A DNA stretch of 64,000 nt from Geosiphon pyriformis uo1 (lineage: Eukaryota > Fungi > Glomeromycota), in NCBI GenBank assembly GCA_016748015.1, contig JAAOMT010000134.1, positions 998,757 through 1,062,756 on the forward strand. The letters run 5' to 3'. The notes under the pieces are model-generated. The model was not told the DNA's origin. It did no database searches and worked only from the letters and a program-made list of their open reading frames with translations. The translations under genes and the position numbers were made by a program. Shown here one piece after another: positions 13,151 to 23,831 of the stretch (its first letter is position 1; the number at the start of each line of letters is the position of its first letter).

Positions 13151-13891
13151 CGGAACAGCAGGAGTCGGTTTTTTTCAAGGAGGCGGAAAATAAAGGAGTG
13201 AATAAGCCAGCTTAAGAAAGTCCAAAAGCAAGTTTGGTAGTTCCAACCAACCTTTTTGGCATGGTGTTTAGATATTGGGAGACTGGTAACACTGAATTGA
13301 GCAGATTTTAATTATGTGTATGTGTTATATCCAATATTTATATATATTTTAAACTTAAGATAGTTTGATAGTGATGAAGTGTAAACGTTAAGATTAACTT
13401 GTGAAAAACGCGTTTCACATCGTGACGGTTCAAGAATATATGCGTGTGCGGACAAGTGTACTTGCATTTTTTTTTACACAACATGATGATGGTTATGATG
13501 ATGATGATGATGATGGCTATGATAATAATGATAATTATGATGGCTATAATGGCTATAATGAGGCCAGTTAACCTATTATATTATTATATTATTATATTTA
13601 AATTTTTATTTTTGGGAAATTTGTAGTATAACAAGTAAAAACAGGATTTTCATTTTTGGAATATATTAACTAAATAAGAAATTATAAAGCAACAAAGAGT
13701 TGCATATATATATATATATTTTTTTACATTCTCAAATATTTCCTACATTCCTACATCCTAACTTGGGAATAGTTTTTATCACCTTGTTCAACCATTAACA
13801 TAATTACACAACCAAGTCTATCACAGGTTAATAGAAAGTTCCTTTCATTGTATTTGCGGGAGAAGAATCATTATAATTGTTTGATTCATTG

Positions 13892-13927
13892 TTTGATTGG
13901 TTTGATTGGTTTGATTGGTTTGATTGG

Positions 13928-13958
<31 letters not shown>
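13892..13958 (+). repeat. (TTTGATTGG)n / (ATTG)n microsatellite
   Basis: Read directly from the sequence. Confidence 0.9.
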
Positions 13959-13961
<3 letters not shown>

Positions 13962-14488
13962 AGAATGGGGAACAAACGTTACATAAATCATAGAATATGT
14001 CAGGGATATTATGCAACGAAAAAAAATTTGTTTCATCTTTTATTATTATTTAACTAGGCAAAAATCTCCAATTGTACAGGGTTGTAATAAATTTAGATTT
14101 GGGAATCCTATTTTGTAATTTGTAATATATATTAAAAAAAAAAATAAAAAAAAAAAATAAAAAAAAGTTGAATATATGAAATTAAAAAATGTGTATTTGA
14201 AATACAATATGTATGTGTGTTTGAAATTATAATGTGTATATTTAAAATTCCAATAGCAGTGAATTTTTGATTATAAAGAAGTTTAAATATGAAAGGTCAA
14301 TTAATTTCAAATGATATTATACATAATTAAAAGTATTTATATGAGGAACAAGGAAAGGATACGAAAATAATTATTTATATTTAAATACTTTTTTTTTTTA
14401 TCGTTGAAAATTATTAAATTTTAAATATTTTTAGCTCTTTTGAATTAATTAGTTATTTAAATTTTGATTGAGTAGAATCATAAAGTAA

Positions 14489-14542
<54 letters not shown>

Positions 14543-14649
14543 TAAAATAAAAAAAATCAAATAGAAAAAGATAAAATAATTTGAATAAGAATTATTTTAT
14601 CAAAAGAAACATAAATTTCCTCTTCAATCTTCCCTTCAATTTTTGATTT

Positions 14650-16287
14650 TTAATCCTTGCATCCTTGAGGAGACATTAAATAACCAAAATATGGTCCCAA
14701 GTGCACATCCATTGCATTTTCTGGAAGTTCACCTTTTGGTTTTTCAAACTTTAGATTACATTCCTAGAAAAATATAAAAGAATAAATTTAGTTAAGAAGG
14801 AGAATTTAAACTAAAAATTTTCAAAATATTTAACCTTATTTTCAGAACGACTGAACAGTTGGAAACAAATATAAATATCGGGTATTTCTTTGCCTTCAGG
14901 ATCAAAGCAATCACAACCGTTATTGCTAGTAATCCATACTTCTAATTGAAAATGTCTCAAATATTTAGGTCCAAAGAAGAGAGGAACATGATCGTTGCCA
15001 ATTGTTATACGGGCACATTCAAATGCTGATAAAATCCAGTTATTCAAGTGACTAATTCCTATGCGTGGGGATCCATAGGTAACCAAGATCATTTCACGGT
15101 TGGGCCAATGACGTTTAAAAACAATTGCCACCAAAGTCGCCAATACTATGAGTGGAGTAAATTTAAAGAGAGTGAATGAATGTAAAAGAGTGAATTTAAA
15201 GAGAGTAAATTTAAAGAGAGTGAATGAATGTAAAAGAGTGAATTTAAAGAGAGTGAATTTAAAGAGAGTAAATTTAAAGAGAGTGAATGAATGTAAAAGA
15301 GTGAATTTAAAGAGAGTAAATTTAAAGAGAGTGAATGAATGTAAAAGAGTGAATTTAAAGAGAGTGAATGTAAAAGAGTAAATTTAAAGAGAGTGAATGA
15401 ATGTAAAAGAGTGAATTTAAAGAGAGTGAATGAATGAATGAATTAATTAATTAATTAATTAATTAATTAAAGAAATTTCATAGAAAATGTGGCTTTCTTA
15501 CCTCCACCACCGCCATGTCCAGTAAAAATAAAAGCATGACGCTTGTATAAAATATTATCTATGTATTGCTTCAATCGCTTATAAATATCATTAGACGCTA
15601 AATTCCAATATTTATTATAAAATTCTTCTAATATATAAGTATCCTTATTAACATAAGAAAGTTGTGTTAACTTTGGTTCTGGACCCATTTTAACAAGTTC
15701 ATCATATGTTAACTCTGGTGTTCTAAATCTTGAAATTACTGCTTTGCCAGAACTTTTTTTAGGACGTAATGGTAAATAAATTTTTTCGGTTATACTATTT
15801 ATCAAAGCTATTTTTTTTAATAATAAAAAAATATATATTTATATATTTATATTAATTTTTATCATCTTTTTTCCAAATAAAAATTATTGTGTATATATAG
15901 AATTTCGATTAAAATCGGGTTACCATAAATTCCTGGTGCAAGAATAATTGGTTGGTTTTTATCACAATGAACTTGTTGAGCATATTTTGTCACCAATAAA
16001 TAAAATGTTAATGATTCTGTAGGAATTTTCTTAACCCTAAAGGAAAGAAAATTTCTAGGCATATATTTTTGACTTATTTTTTGAGTAAGATTAAACATTT
16101 CATTTGAATCATTATTTTTGTAAAATATATTTGAAATATTTAAATGATTTTTTGTAAGATATGATTTTCTATTTAAAATATTTGAATTCTGATTCAATTG
16201 AAAATTTAAAATAAAAAAGATTAAGCATGAAAGAATTAGAAACAATAAGAATCGCCATTTGGTGATAACGTTAGAAAAGACTTCCAT
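14650..16287 (-). CDS. Class-3 lipase-like alpha/beta-hydrolase with N-terminal membrane anchor; nucleophile Ser replaced by Gly; 4 exons
   Basis: FIFTGHGGGG|VLATLVA, VTYGSPRIG, RITIGNDHVP, RHFQLEVWI, HLGPYFG; hydrophobic segment at aa ~13-29. Confidence 0.85.
15150..15468 (+). repeat. Intronic minisatellite of 15-bp (AATTTAAAGAGAGTG) and 18-bp (AATGAATGTAAAAGAGTG) units plus (AATT)n
   Basis: Fills most of lipase intron 15146-15501. Confidence 0.9.
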
Positions 16288-16314
16288 ATCAGTTTTTTAA
16301 GCGTTTAATTTATT

Positions 16315-16354
<40 letters not shown>

Positions 16355-16501
16355 GTGGAGTTGTGTGAGTTTGATAATTCAAAAAACCTTTCTTTTTATA
16401 TAGAATACATATTTTTTTTCATTCAGTTTCGAAACAAATTAAATAATTAAAAAAAAAGAATTTATCCTCAAACAAATAATAATTAACATCAAGATCATAA
16501 A

Positions 16502-16502
<1 letters not shown>

Positions 16503-16537
<35 letters not shown>

Positions 16538-16580
16538 GTTGTTGTTGTTGTTGTTGTTGTTTTTGCTGTTGTTGTTGTTT

Positions 16581-16613
<33 letters not shown>

Positions 16614-16665
16614 TTGCTGTTGTTGTTGTTTTTGTTGTTGTGGTTGTTGTTTTTGTTGTTGTTGC
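16503..16665 (+). repeat. (TTA)n(TTG)n microsatellite
   Basis: Read directly from the sequence. Confidence 0.95.
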
Positions 16666-18484
16666 TTTTCGCTATTTTCTTTCGAAAACCGTGTCCCTTT
16701 TTTTCTTATTCTATTCTATTTTTTTTTTTTCACGATAATAAACCTTGATTAGTGAACCAAAGTATTTTAAGATTGAAAATCTTGAAATCCTTTAAAATAT
16801 ACCTTTAAATTTTATTTTTTTAATAATGTCTTTAAAATAAAATATTACGTAATTAACCAAAAAAAAATGATTGATTATTTTATTTTATTATATAATAAAT
16901 CATTGATATATATATATATATATATCACATGAAGAAAAAATTTATCTAATTTTTTTATCATATGTACGAATGATAACGACGCGTCCTTATAATATATATA
17001 TCCATGTTTTTATATCTAATTATACTTTTTAAAATGAATATTTTTTACTGTAACTGACTTATATTTTGAGAATAAATTTTTTAAAATGTATAATCTTTCA
17101 AAATATCTTTCTTATTTGATATGTAAACATATTAATTTAGTTAATAAAAACAATAAGAGTAATAGTAATAGTAATAGTAATAATTAATTAAGAGAAAAGT
17201 AAGACTAAATCTAATAAAATTAAGAAAAAAAAATATTATACAAAATAAAACTTTTTAAATTTATTCTATTTAATATTATTTATTATTCTTAATGTAATTA
17301 ATATATGATAATTTAATTAAATTTTTAAAGAATAAGAAAATTAAAATTATTATTATTATTATTATTATTAAAATATATTCTTTTAATATAATAAATACTT
17401 TTTTTTAATATATTTTGTGTTAATAGTTAAACAATATATTTAATTTTTAAAAATCTTATTAATATAAATTTGTTATTAAGAAAAGTAATTTATTTATTAA
17501 ATATATATACTTGTAAAGAAATTTTTTAACAAAAAAAAATCAAAAAAAAAATTATATAAATTTATAATACAAATTAAAATAAAATATGTTTATTTATCTT
17601 TATATACTTGTATTTTAAACTTTTTTTTTATATTTTTTGTTAAAATTAAATACAAGATATTTATAAAATAAATTCATCCCTAAACTATTCTCAAACTAAT
17701 TCTCTTTTAAAAATCATAAATTATACAAAACCTTTCCTCTAGCAATTTCTTTTATATTCGATAAATGCTCTCATGGAATCTATTCGTAATAATTTAAAAT
17801 ATCATTATTATATATTCTCTATATTCATCTTCATTATTAGGTGGAATGTCTATATTGAATTCTTTGATTATTTTATCAATTACTTTATTGTCACTTGAAA
17901 AGTCGTGGTAAAAAGTTTTTCAAAAAAATATATGAAATAGCATGCACTACAAACATTATTTTCATTATTTTAAATACTCTATTGACAGTTTTCACACTGA
18001 TTGTAATCATGAACATATGAAAAAGTTCTTTTAATTTCTTTGTTTTCCATTATGTGGATAAGTGAGAATAAAATCTGAATACATTATTATTATTATTATT
18101 ATTATTATTCGAAAAGGCTTTTTTCAAAGCTTTGTTTGGATAATAAGTTTAGAAAGTAATTTTTCTATTTTAGTTAGCTATCCAAACACAATATTATTTT
18201 TTATCTCATTAAAATTATGTATCAGATTTTCATGTTTCCAAGTGTGAGATCACAGCAGAATGACAGATCGATACTAATTTTAAATTATTTAATGTTTCAT
18301 TTAATTTATAAACTGATTAATGCTATATTTTTTTTGAATTGGTTTTTTGTACTCTAGAATACACTAAATAAAAGCATTTTTAAAAAAAAAACATTTGTTT
18401 GAAATAATACATGTTACTTTAAGATTTTACAAAATAAAAAAAAGTAATTTTCTATTATTTCAACTTATTTAAAAACTTATAGAA

Positions 18485-20092
18485 ATGACAATATTAACTG
18501 AGGAATTAATTTTTTCGAGAACGCGTGTGAAAACCCTACAAGAAGTTCGCACTCTAAATCTTTGGGGTTGCGAACTTTCTAACGTTAGTTTGTTAAAAAT
18601 ATGTCCTAATCTTGAGGTGCTTAGTTTGAGGTGAAATTTCAGAGAGAAATTTATAAAAGTGGTTTTGAACCTGTGTGGAATGTTAAAAAAAAAAATGTTT
18701 GGTTTTATATTATTTGCAGTGTTAATAATCTTACTTCTTTGGCTGAGCTCTCAGAGTGTTAGTATGGTATTCCCACTTCTTTTTTTTTGACGCTGATTAA
18801 CAAATACTCTTTCGGCTATATCAATTAATCGTCTTTTTTACACTATTTACAGGCAAGAGTTTAATAGGTTTGACCAATTTATTGCATTAGAATTTTGCTT
18901 TCAAAATTATCATTATTTTTACTTAAACATAATCTAAAATTATGTATCTGACGTTAGTACAGAGCTTTACCTTCGAAAAAATTACATTGCCGATGTTGAT
19001 CAAGTTAAACACCTTTCCATGTTAAGAAATTTGCAGGTTCTGTGGTTGTGCGATAACCCTTGTGCTGAAGATGAAAAAGAGTATCGATACAAGGTAGTGC
19101 GGTATCTCCCTTGGATAAAAAAATTAGATCATCATGGTAAGAAAACAGTTAAATCTGGAAAATTGCTTGGATATTGATAATATTTACCATTTCTTTTCAC
19201 TATTTTTCTCTTTATTCTGGAATGCCTTTAGATATTACAGATGAAGAAGTCCTAGCTTCAATGAACTCAACATCTGCAACAATGCCGCCTAAAATTCGAA
19301 ACCGATTGACCTCAACTTCCAAACCATTGGCAGAGCCACTATCTACATTTTCACAAATTAATTTATTCAACAATTCACAATCTTCCGAAAAGGTGAACAA
19401 CGTTTCTAAAATGTCCTCTCCAATATCTCCGGTAGACTTTATTATTAAGAAAGATAGGTTTCCATCAGCAAAAGTGGATGATAACATGGCAGTAAATGGT
19501 AATGGAAAAACAGCCAATCAAAATTCGAGTTCTAATAACGGCCAGAAGAAATCTATTAAATCTTCTAGGACAAAGCAAGCCGTTCCTCTGGGAGCTATAA
19601 ATGGCAATCCAAATTTATCACCTAGTAAAATGAATAATGTTATGGCAGGAAATAAATCGCCTGTTAATAAAACGCGATCATCTGTGGTATCCCTCATGAC
19701 GCCCAGTCGGACTATTTCCCCGAATATTCTATCTTCAGTCCCCAAGTCATATAAATCAGTAAATAATAGTGAGGAACATAGTGAAATGGTTCTTACCCTT
19801 GAGGGAGAAACCGAGGCAATATCAAGAGAAAAAGTTAAACAGAACAATGAGTTTGATGAACCTTGGCAAGTAAGTTGATCTCACAAGTTTATTGTTAACC
19901 CAGAGCAAATAATCTTGAAAATTTCCTCATTTACTGAACCTTTTTCAGTCAAATGTTCTCATAGCAGTGCTGGGATTGTTGGATGAACTCAATAAAACTG
20001 AGCTGCAGACTGTACAACGTAAATTGCAGCTACTAATTTTGAACCAACAAAGAACCCTACTGGGGAAAGTAAAGGAATCCGAAATCAAATAA
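18485..20092 (+). CDS. CFAP410: Cilia- and flagella-associated protein 410 (C21orf2)-like LRR protein, multi-exon
   Basis: MTILTEELIFSRTRVKTLQEVRTLNLWGCELSNVSLLKICPNLEVLSLSVNNLTSLAELSECKSLIELYLRKN...VLWLCDNPC...YRYKVVRYLPWIKKLD plus C-terminal SNVLIAVLGLLDEL; both termini match CFAP410 as I recall it. Confidence 0.8.
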
Positions 20093-20366
20093 GTTGATTT
20101 TAAACGTGCATATTTCTTTTTCAATATCACCCTCTGTTATGGAATTTTCTCAATAGTATATTGAAGATTAGTATTTGAATACAAGACAGATATTTTACTA
20201 ATAATTATTTTTATTTATACAATCAGATCGACTATATATATTCTAACCAGAAGCGATAATTGATCAAACATTTCTAATTATTATTTTTTATTTACGTAAT
20301 TAATAAATACTTAGCTTTGGTGTTTCCTTTATCTCTCCCTCTACCCCATTATTTGGGTTTTTTTGA

Positions 20367-21901
20367 CTAATATTCATTAGAATTCAGAGGGTTAGCGGTA
20401 TTTGATGAATCATTAAAAGAATGATGTCCGATTCCTTTATCACGATAAAGCTCATTTCCTGAAACTTGAATAGAATTACTTCCATCCATTACACTTCCAC
20501 TGTTATTAAATCCCTTGTTTAGTAAACCTTTGTCCATCATTCGATTCAACAAATTACGAAGTCTGTCATTGTCTTCGCGAGTTTGATTGAGATGATGCTC
20601 TAATTGATCTTGAAACTTATGATTTTTTTCTAAATTAGAGCGTAGTTCTGCCACTTCCTCTTTTAATTTACCTATTGTTTCATCTATTTGATAGTTTCGT
20701 TCTTTATTTTGTTTGTAAGTTCTAGTTCAAATTGGACATAAGTATAATATGAATTGAATAAGAATGCATTGCAAAAGAATAAGTATCATGAAATGTTCAT
20801 TACCTGGTTTGTTCCCATATTATAAGTGATCCTGCAACACCAAAGATTATTGCTTCCCCTATAAAATTGGCACCGACTTCAATTGCTCTGTTTAGAAAGT
20901 TCACAAGAATTGTATGTGAGAATTGATATGTGTATATATATATATTTCCTAAATTAAAAAAAAACCGATAATATATAACATATCGTACTATTTTTTTTGT
21001 ATCTCAATAACAGAAAAAAAGAGGCAGATAGGATTTTTTTGATACTAAAATCATGCCCTACTTGCTTTGAAATAGTGCTCTTCTTATTTAAGCTGTTTCC
21101 TTCCCCACCCTTAACAACGCATTATCATTTATTATATTAATCTCATCATCATCATGCTTACTTTACATCATTCAATGGTCGAATTTTCTCAGATGGCAAA
21201 TTCAAAAGATTTAATTTTAATTGCATTTCAATACGATGGGTGGCCTGAAATATAGATCAGAATCATCAATGAATGTTAACAAAAATATATTGGGATTGGG
21301 AAACTTCAAAAAATTACCTGAGCTATGGAAATACATATACTCCGAAATCGTGGATGGTTTTTACAATGTTCCTATGGTTAAAAATTATCAATTATAAAAA
21401 TAATGGCCATTAGAAAGTTAAGTATTGGAGTGAGCATAAAAATCTTGAGGAGTGGTAAAAGGTAACTAAGGAAGAAAGATTAACATTATAAGAAACGTAC
21501 CTATATAAGAAGGTTGGCACTTTGAGGGATCGTGTCAAAAAACAATATTGGGGATTTATCCCGTAGGTGTTGAATTGAGGTGGAAAGGAAAAAGATATGA
21601 GATTATGCCCAGCAACCACCTACCTACCTACCTACCTACCTACCTACCTACCTACCTACCTACCTACCTACCTACCTACCTACCTACCTACCTACCTACC
21701 TACCTACCTACCTACCCACCCACCTACCCACCTACCCACCTACCCACCCACTCACCCACTCACCAGCAGCATAGCACTGAACCTTTTGCCGAAGGTATAT
21801 GTCAAGTACCACAAAAAGATTTTACCACGTACTTTTAAACTACTCGCAATTGGTTTCGCAATGGTCCGCACAAGCAATACACCGAGTTTTGTAGTGCTCA
21901 T
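20367..21901 (-). CDS. OPA3: OPA3-like mitochondrial protein, 5 exons
   Basis: MSTTKLGVLLVRTIAKPIASSLK|EHCKNHPRFRSICISIAQ|ATHRIEMQLK...IRPLNDVK|AIEVGANFIGEAIIFGVAGSLIIWE, then a coiled coil. Confidence 0.9.
21617..21762 (+). repeat. (CCTA)n/(CCCA)n microsatellite in OPA3 intron 1
   Basis: Read directly; it causes the spurious PTYL ORFs. Confidence 0.95.
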
Positions 21902-22253
21902 TTTGCTTATTGATTTAGCCGAACGTATGTGCTTCTGGATTTTGGGTGTAGAGAGTGGTGAGGAAATGAATTGGTAACTTAAATCGTAGGCCCAGAGGTT
22001 TGATAAATTGTGAAAATGACTCATTAAATAGCTGTAAGTTGAATATCTAACAATAGAAGACAAATTAGGAAAGAATATGACACATCAAAGTTCGAGAACA
22101 AATAACAGCTAAGTGTAATGTAAAAAAAATTGGCCAATTCAAATATCTCTGCGTCCAACAACCCTCTCTTTCATAACGCCCGGTTCGACAGATCAAAAGC
22201 GGGGCAGCTTAATGACAACCTATTTTTGTCGTACCACAAAGGCCTCACGCAAC

Positions 22254-23487
22254 ATGGGCTTAGCCTTTCAAATACTATTTATTGTCTTGTTTACTGAGGC
22301 TATCCTTTGGTTTGGGTACTCGCAGATCGCCAGCTTGGTATGTAAAATAAAAGCTATGGGGAGTCTAGAGAGTAATGGAAACTTGCACTTATGAAAATTG
22401 GAGCTATAAAGTTACATGGAACCCTTTCTCACCGAAACTCGGCGGTTCCGTGATTTTAGGCGTATGGGGTGTACTTATTTTATTTTAAAAAAGAACACGT
22501 AGAGAAACAAAGACGGATAAAGCGCGACATTCTGAATGTCAAGCATGAGTTGGGGAGGACAAGCTCACAGGTAAGTGGTGCGTTAGTGGCTTTTGTTAAT
22601 TGATCTCGTGTTAAAGTCCCATTAGTCTTTTTGGGTGCCTTGCCAATATCACTTTTTAATGTCTCTTATTTCCTTGTGCCTGGCTATTTGGTCCTCTCTT
22701 GCTTGGGTAAATTTTAATCCTAGGACCAATTTGCAAAATGGGCGAAACTACGACGAAAATTGGACAGCAAGATGAATGACTTGGATAACATTTGTAAATA
22801 ATTTTCAAATTTTAATCTTCCCTCTTGTCTTATTGCTGCCACCATCATACAAATATAAATTCTTAATTTATCAATATTCTCTAGCAAAATCACTTAATTA
22901 CATGAAAACCTCGTTTGAAGTGAAATTTACCACATTTTTATGGATCTTGACCAATTTCATACAATTCATAATAATCAGTTGGTATATATCCGCTCCTGTA
23001 TTTTATCTACCGCAAGGCTGGTTTCGTCCTGCGACATGGATCTTTTCATTACCTTTCGCTCCAGCAGGTAAGATAAAACATAATTTTATTTTAAGATCGG
23101 AATTTGGGTTGGGAATTTTATATATTGGTTTCCATTAAACCTTCACCAAAATAAGGATCTGTAAGCGTGCCAATGTGGTTTGTGATTTGCCGGAAGTTTT
23201 CTCGAAAACTTATGGCTGCTGCGAGGGACGGTTGGGAAACATACCTTAAATATGTACCAGAACCAGTCCGGCAACAGGTCACATTTGTAACAACTACTGT
23301 GAAGGACTGGCTTAAATCGAAGATAAAAATAGCTGTCACAAGGGCGAAATCTTCCCAGGTCTCAAATACTTCCACATTAATACCAACAACAGGAATGGTT
23401 CACTCCCCATTATCATCATCTTCTATTGGAGGCGATGATGTGTCAACACATTTTCGAAAAGAGAACCCAAATCATATTGGAAACTAA
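22254..23487 (+). CDS. GET1: Guided entry of tail-anchored proteins receptor GET1 (WRB/CHD5-like), multi-exon
   Basis: TM1, coiled coil TSSQ|DQFAKWAKLRRKLD, and PVFYLPQGWF...LPFAPA|GSVSVPMW. Confidence 0.9.
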
Positions 23488-23831
23488 GTCAGAGCTCATA
23501 AAAACTAATTCATTGAAAAAATGGCCATTTTCGATAAAGGAAATTGTCTCTTTTCTGATGGCTATGAGATGAATAAGTTCAGGACATTCAAGGTTACAAG
23601 CAAATTAAGTGTATAGGCTGGTCAACGCGATAGAATGTGGCAAAATCATGTAAATTTCGAAGAACAGAATGTATGTATTCCTTTGCGTTACCCTGTATAA
23701 ATTCTTAATATTTATGAAGTCCGTAAAATTCTGCAGCACCTACCTGATGGTGTTGATGTTTCCAAACTTATTGATTTATAAATGGGTTTTAGAAATTGAA
23801 CTCTGCCTTTTTTTCAAAACTGGGCAAATCG

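Noticed and set aside
15148-15381. Repeat-peptide ORF (VNLKR/VNECKR), superficially a KEX2-processed precursor or a CRISPR-like array
   Set aside because: No signal peptide, antisense within a lipase intron, and no unique spacers; it is a minisatellite.
16536-16748. Poly-Leu 'membrane protein'
   Set aside because: A (TTG)n microsatellite.
18758-18762. Apparent premature stop in CFAP410
   Set aside because: Lies in an intron starting GTTAGT; the micro-exon restores the frame.
19212-19847. Antisense ORFs over CFAP410, and similar ones over PP2A, ING and GET1
   Set aside because: Shadows of real coding exons with no independent features.
21548-21977. PTYL-repeat ORFs
   Set aside because: (CCTA)n in OPA3 intron 1, antisense to the real gene.
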